NCBI RefSeq assembly: GCF_000196355.1
Contig: NC_007614.1
Coordinates: 1,620,001-1,652,000 of the forward strand
Direction of reading: 5' to 3'
Length of the DNA: 32,000 bases
DNA from: Nitrosospira multiformis ATCC 25196
Lineage (GTDB): Bacteria > Pseudomonadota > Gammaproteobacteria > Burkholderiales > Nitrosomonadaceae
Shown here: piece by piece, positions 28,842 to 32,000 of the stretch
How positions within the stretch are numbered: the stretch's first letter is position 1
Layout: the number at the start of each line of letters is the position of its first letter
Translations under genes and position numbers: made by a program
Notes under the pieces: model-generated
The model's input: only the letters and a program-made list of their open reading frames with translations
What the model was told of the DNA's origin: nothing
Database searches by the model: none

Positions 28842-29964
28842 GGTCCCCCTCCCTGTTGTGTTTATTCACTGTCGCCTTGCGCTTCATCAACCCTGAGGCG
28901 ACATTGAGCCGGTGAATGAAATCCTCCCCTACAAGTTCCACCGCTTTTCTGTTGAGTACCGCTTCGCCATTGGATAACCGGATAGGCTGCACGCCTTCAA
29001 TTGAAGCCGGGATGGAATCGCTGGTGCCGGTACCGGGACCTCGTACTATGCCACTGTTCCCATAGCCATCGCGCTTCAATGTGGATAAACCATAGGCATT
29101 GTAGTTCCTGATGACCCCGCCCGTCCGCAGGCCTGGGGTTCTCATCAGGTAAGCTCCGCCCAGGGTGCCGACCAGATTGCCTAACCCGCTGAGTCCTCCC
29201 GCTTTATTCTGCTGCTGTTGCTGCCATGCATTCAGTTGGCCCTGATATTGGTTCAGCATCAGGTTGCCGGAGGAGCTATTCGCACCAAGGGCGCCGTCAT
29301 ACCAGTGTTGCGCCGCATTCATGCCGGCGGTATGCAGCCCTGCTTTCGTTGCCAGGTTGTCAGTGGCGGCGTTACCTGCATTGAGCGCTGCCGCATCGGC
29401 AGCTATTCCCATGGTGGGCATATTACGCCCAAATTGGGCCACGCCCTGCCGCATGGCCATGCCCTGCAATTCTGTCTCGCGTCGGGCCTTATTCATTGCT
29501 CCCGCCGTGTCTTTGGCAAGCCCAAGGCTGATCTCGTGGGTCAGGCCTTGAAACTTGCCTGAATTAGGATTTACTCCCATGCGTCCCATCGTCCGTTGGC
29601 TCGAATCCAGGGCGCTCTCATAACTTTTTGCGATATCCGCTCCTGCCTCGGCCGCCATCTGCTCTTTACGCTCAAGCGAATCGAACTCGTTGGCTTCCCT
29701 CACCATGCGCTCTTCTATCGGCGCAAACAGGTTGCGGTATGCCTGCCATTGCGATTCGGCCCTCGCCGCATTGGCTTCGCCTGAGGCAATCTGCTGATCT
29801 ACAATCTTCTGGATCAGGGGGTCTTGTACCCTGGCTCTGTCCTTCTCCCATTCGAGCTGTTGCTTTGCCACATCCAGTTGCTGCTGGGCGATATCGGCCT
29901 GTTGTTTTGCCGCCTGCCCGATGAGCGGATCCGGTCTTGGTGGCTTCGAACTACACATTTTCAA
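28834..29964 (-). CDS. phage-like internal virion/structural protein
   Basis: Gln/Ala-rich helical N-terminus (QAAKQQADIAQQQLDVAKQQLEWEKDRARVQDPLIQKIVDQQI), Gly-rich middle, C-terminal PASIEGVQPIRLSNGEAVLNRKAVELVGEDFIHRLN resembling phage virion-associated C-terminal modules. Confidence 0.65.
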   Translation of the reverse strand: MKMCSSKPPRPDPLIGQAAKQQADIAQQQLDVAKQQLEWEKDRARVQDPLIQKIVDQQIASGEANAARAESQWQAYRNLFAPIEERMVREANEFDSLERKEQMAAEAGADIAKSYESALDSSQRTMGRMGVNPNSGKFQGLTHEISLGLAKDTAGAMNKARRETELQGMAMRQGVAQFGRNMPTMGIAADAAALNAGNAATDNLATKAGLHTAGMNAAQHWYDGALGANSSSGNLMLNQYQGQLNAWQQQQQNKAGGLSGLGNLVGTLGGAYLMRTPGLRTGGVIRNYNAYGLSTLKRDGYGNSGIVRGPGTGTSDSIPASIEGVQPIRLSNGEAVLNRKAVELVGEDFIHRLNVASGLMKRKATVNKHNREGDHA

Positions 29965-30562
29965 TCTCCAGTATTTTGGTCAATCCATTTTCTACGTGCC
30001 TGTAGCCGAGCAATCTGAAAAACCGTGCGGCCTTATTAACTGTCTTTACGGTAATGTTGATTTCCCGGACGCCTAGCAATTTCATGGCATTCTCGACATA
30101 CCTTACAAAACGCTTGGCAGTAGTGCCGCGTCGCGCCTCGGGCAAAAGATACAGCGTGTCTTCCGTGGCAATAAGTGTCTGCGTGTGAGCGCTCTTATCC
30201 AGATACATGGCGCAATTGCCCAGCAACTTTCCTTCGCTTCTTACGGTAAAAAGAAGGTAGCGGCCCGCCTGCTCATACCGGATAAAAGTCTCGTAATCCG
30301 GCTGGAACGGTAGCCGATGTCTGTGTCCTTCGGTTTCATTCCAGTGGGTGCGATGCAAATGCTTTATTTCTTCTGTAATGTCCTCAATACGCTCTACAGC
30401 GAATACTATGCGGCCGTTATATCGAGGCTTGATTTGGGCAATATCTCTCGATTGCGCAAGCGTTTCCATGCGGTAGGCGGCAACGCAGATATCCGCGGCC
30501 AGCTCAGATGTCAAGGTCAAGCCCATATTTCCCTTGAGCAGCGAAATCAGTTCAATATTCAT
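29951..30562 (-). CDS. phage-associated GNAT-like acetyltransferase-fold protein
   Basis: YLLPEARRGTTAKRFVRYVENAMKLLGVREINITVKTVNKAARFFRLLGYRHVENGLTKIL matches GNAT motifs. Start placed at MNIELIS; the ORF extends to 30637. Confidence 0.7.
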   Translation of the reverse strand: MNIELISLLKGNMGLTLTSELAADICVAAYRMETLAQSRDIAQIKPRYNGRIVFAVERIEDITEEIKHLHRTHWNETEGHRHRLPFQPDYETFIRYEQAGRYLLFTVRSEGKLLGNCAMYLDKSAHTQTLIATEDTLYLLPEARRGTTAKRFVRYVENAMKLLGVREINITVKTVNKAARFFRLLGYRHVENGLTKILEIENV

Positions 30563-31998
30563 CATCCATCCATACGTGAAATAAGCTGTTCGAGAGAATC
30601 GCGAACAGAATTTATGTACGCATACAATGCCTCGCATTCAGCCTGGGTGGGGGGAGCGGAGAATGTAAGCGCACGAAAGGCGGGAAGCGCTATTCGGTTT
30701 CCGCGTCGTCCGGTCAGTATCTCAAGCATGGTTTTGAGCCATGGAGGTGTTCCGACCGGAATGCCAGGCTTCTTGATATAGGTTGCTTCAGCAGGTTGGC
30801 TGAAAAGCGCGGATTCAATCACAACCCCGTCACTTATCGCTTCTGCGCTTGCTTTATTGATTTGGATGCAAAAAGTGGCGGAAAGAATGTGTATCTGGGT
30901 AATTACGCCCGTTCCGCCAGCATTGGCTTGCATGGAGGGCGTCCCGACAAGCGTGCCACTGCCGATGGATATGGGGAGGGCATCGCCTGCGTTAGATTGC
31001 GCCAAGCCTGCTTCAATCAGGATATGAGTTTGCGTGATTGCGCCGCCTGGCAATATCTTCCCCTGGGCCAATGCGCCCATGCTGAGCATGTGCGCCTGAC
31101 TTACTTTCCCCGTGCTCAAGGTTCTGGCCGGCGCAACCAGGGCGCCCGCCAGGGCAATACCTCTGGTAACGCCGGCAGCGCTACCCAGGTTGGATTGAGC
31201 GAGGGAAGCGCCCGCAAGAATTTGATCCTGCTCGATCTTGCCCGTACTGGCGCCACCTGCCTGTGTTAATCCCGCAACAGCGAGCGTGTGATGTTGAGCA
31301 ATTTCTCCGGTGCTGCCCCTATTTGCCTGTATTGCAGCTACACCGCTTAATCCGGGTCCTGTATCAGCAGGCCACAGCTTTCTTGCAGATGCCTTGAATA
31401 GCTGCCATGGATTTTCATGAAAAGCCCGTGACTCAGCCGCTCCCCAGACTGAATCGGCAAAGCCGGCTATCAGTATCGTGCCGTCAAATTCCCATAGATT
31501 CCCACCGACGTACCGTCCAAGGTTGAAATTCTTGTTCCCCGCTCCCCAGGCTACCGGGGAACTTGTCCAGGTCAACCCGGCCTCTTTCCCATCGAGAAAA
31601 ACTTTGCACGTCGCTGCCGTACCCCCCGATACGAAAACGATACTCCGGCTTTTTGTGTTGAACCATGAAGAAAGGGTGCCGGAACTGGCGCCATTGGAAC
31701 CGATAGCTACTCTTAAGTCTGGATAAACCTGGTATGCGAAAGCATTGGGAGAAGAAGCCCCGAAGGGGCAGTGACCATAAGTATCGGGCCCACCCACAGT
31801 GGGGCACCACATAAAGAAGGTGCCGACATTGCCGGTCAGTTCCGGATAGCCGGTATAGGCGTAATAGTCATCGGCCCCATCAAACGAAAACACCTTGCCA
31901 TTTTGTGCTGGAACAATTGACGCATTGCCGCCCGCTGCCCAGCTTCGCCCGGTAACCAGATCGACCGGCCCCGCGGCAGGATTCCATAATATCCGCAT
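30562..31998 (-). CDS. phage-like protein with LamG/concanavalin-like N-terminal domain and degenerate internal repeats
   Basis: FSFDGADDYYAYTGYPELTGNVGTFFMWCPTVGG...FLDGKEAG...NFNLGRYVGGNLWEFDGTILIAGFADSVW is a LamG-like pattern. Possible start 2 nt from the window edge, so the gene may extend beyond. Confidence 0.65.
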   Translation of the reverse strand: MRILWNPAAGPVDLVTGRSWAAGGNASIVPAQNGKVFSFDGADDYYAYTGYPELTGNVGTFFMWCPTVGGPDTYGHCPFGASSPNAFAYQVYPDLRVAIGSNGASSGTLSSWFNTKSRSIVFVSGGTAATCKVFLDGKEAGLTWTSSPVAWGAGNKNFNLGRYVGGNLWEFDGTILIAGFADSVWGAAESRAFHENPWQLFKASARKLWPADTGPGLSGVAAIQANRGSTGEIAQHHTLAVAGLTQAGGASTGKIEQDQILAGASLAQSNLGSAAGVTRGIALAGALVAPARTLSTGKVSQAHMLSMGALAQGKILPGGAITQTHILIEAGLAQSNAGDALPISIGSGTLVGTPSMQANAGGTGVITQIHILSATFCIQINKASAEAISDGVVIESALFSQPAEATYIKKPGIPVGTPPWLKTMLEILTGRRGNRIALPAFRALTFSAPPTQAECEALYAYINSVRDSLEQLISRMDG

Positions 31999-32000
31999 TC

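Noticed and set aside
1-32000. tRNA or rRNA genes
   Set aside because: No recognisable conserved rRNA segments or tRNA cloverleaf/T-loop context was noticed by eye; tRNAscan-SE and Infernal would be needed for a decisive negative.

Overview
This 32 kb window looks like a betaproteobacterial (possibly Nitrosomonadaceae) chromosome segment; the taxon is an inference. The left ~20 kb is mostly ordinary chromosomal content: a DinG/YoaA-type helicase, a PEP-CTERM protein, a small lipoprotein, an AMP-forming acyl-CoA synthetase, a YbhG/F/S/R-like HlyD-ABC export operon, a phytase-like esterase, a DUF1264/OBAP-like protein and a TonB-dependent receptor. The right third is accessory. Two apparently identical 1223-bp IS481-family elements in inverted orientation (20256..21478 and 26873..28095) bracket ~5.4 kb carrying an O-antigen-ligase-like protein, a GT2 glycosyltransferase, an IS3-family element and a large polytopic membrane protein. 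Each IS481 copy has its own short flanking direct repeat (perfect GCTAATA for the left, 6/7 CTTTATC/ATTTATC for the right), so they look like independent recent insertions and not a composite transposon. To the right is a minus-strand block of phage-like genes, including a LamG-like protein with degenerate internal repeats. Other structure found: a canonical -1 slippery heptamer (TTTAAAA) in the IS3 orfA with an open shifted frame into orfB, a perfect 32-nt palindrome at 8158..8189, and a three-unit 36-nt in-frame tandem repeat. I found no convincing evidence for a wholly new defence or mobile system.
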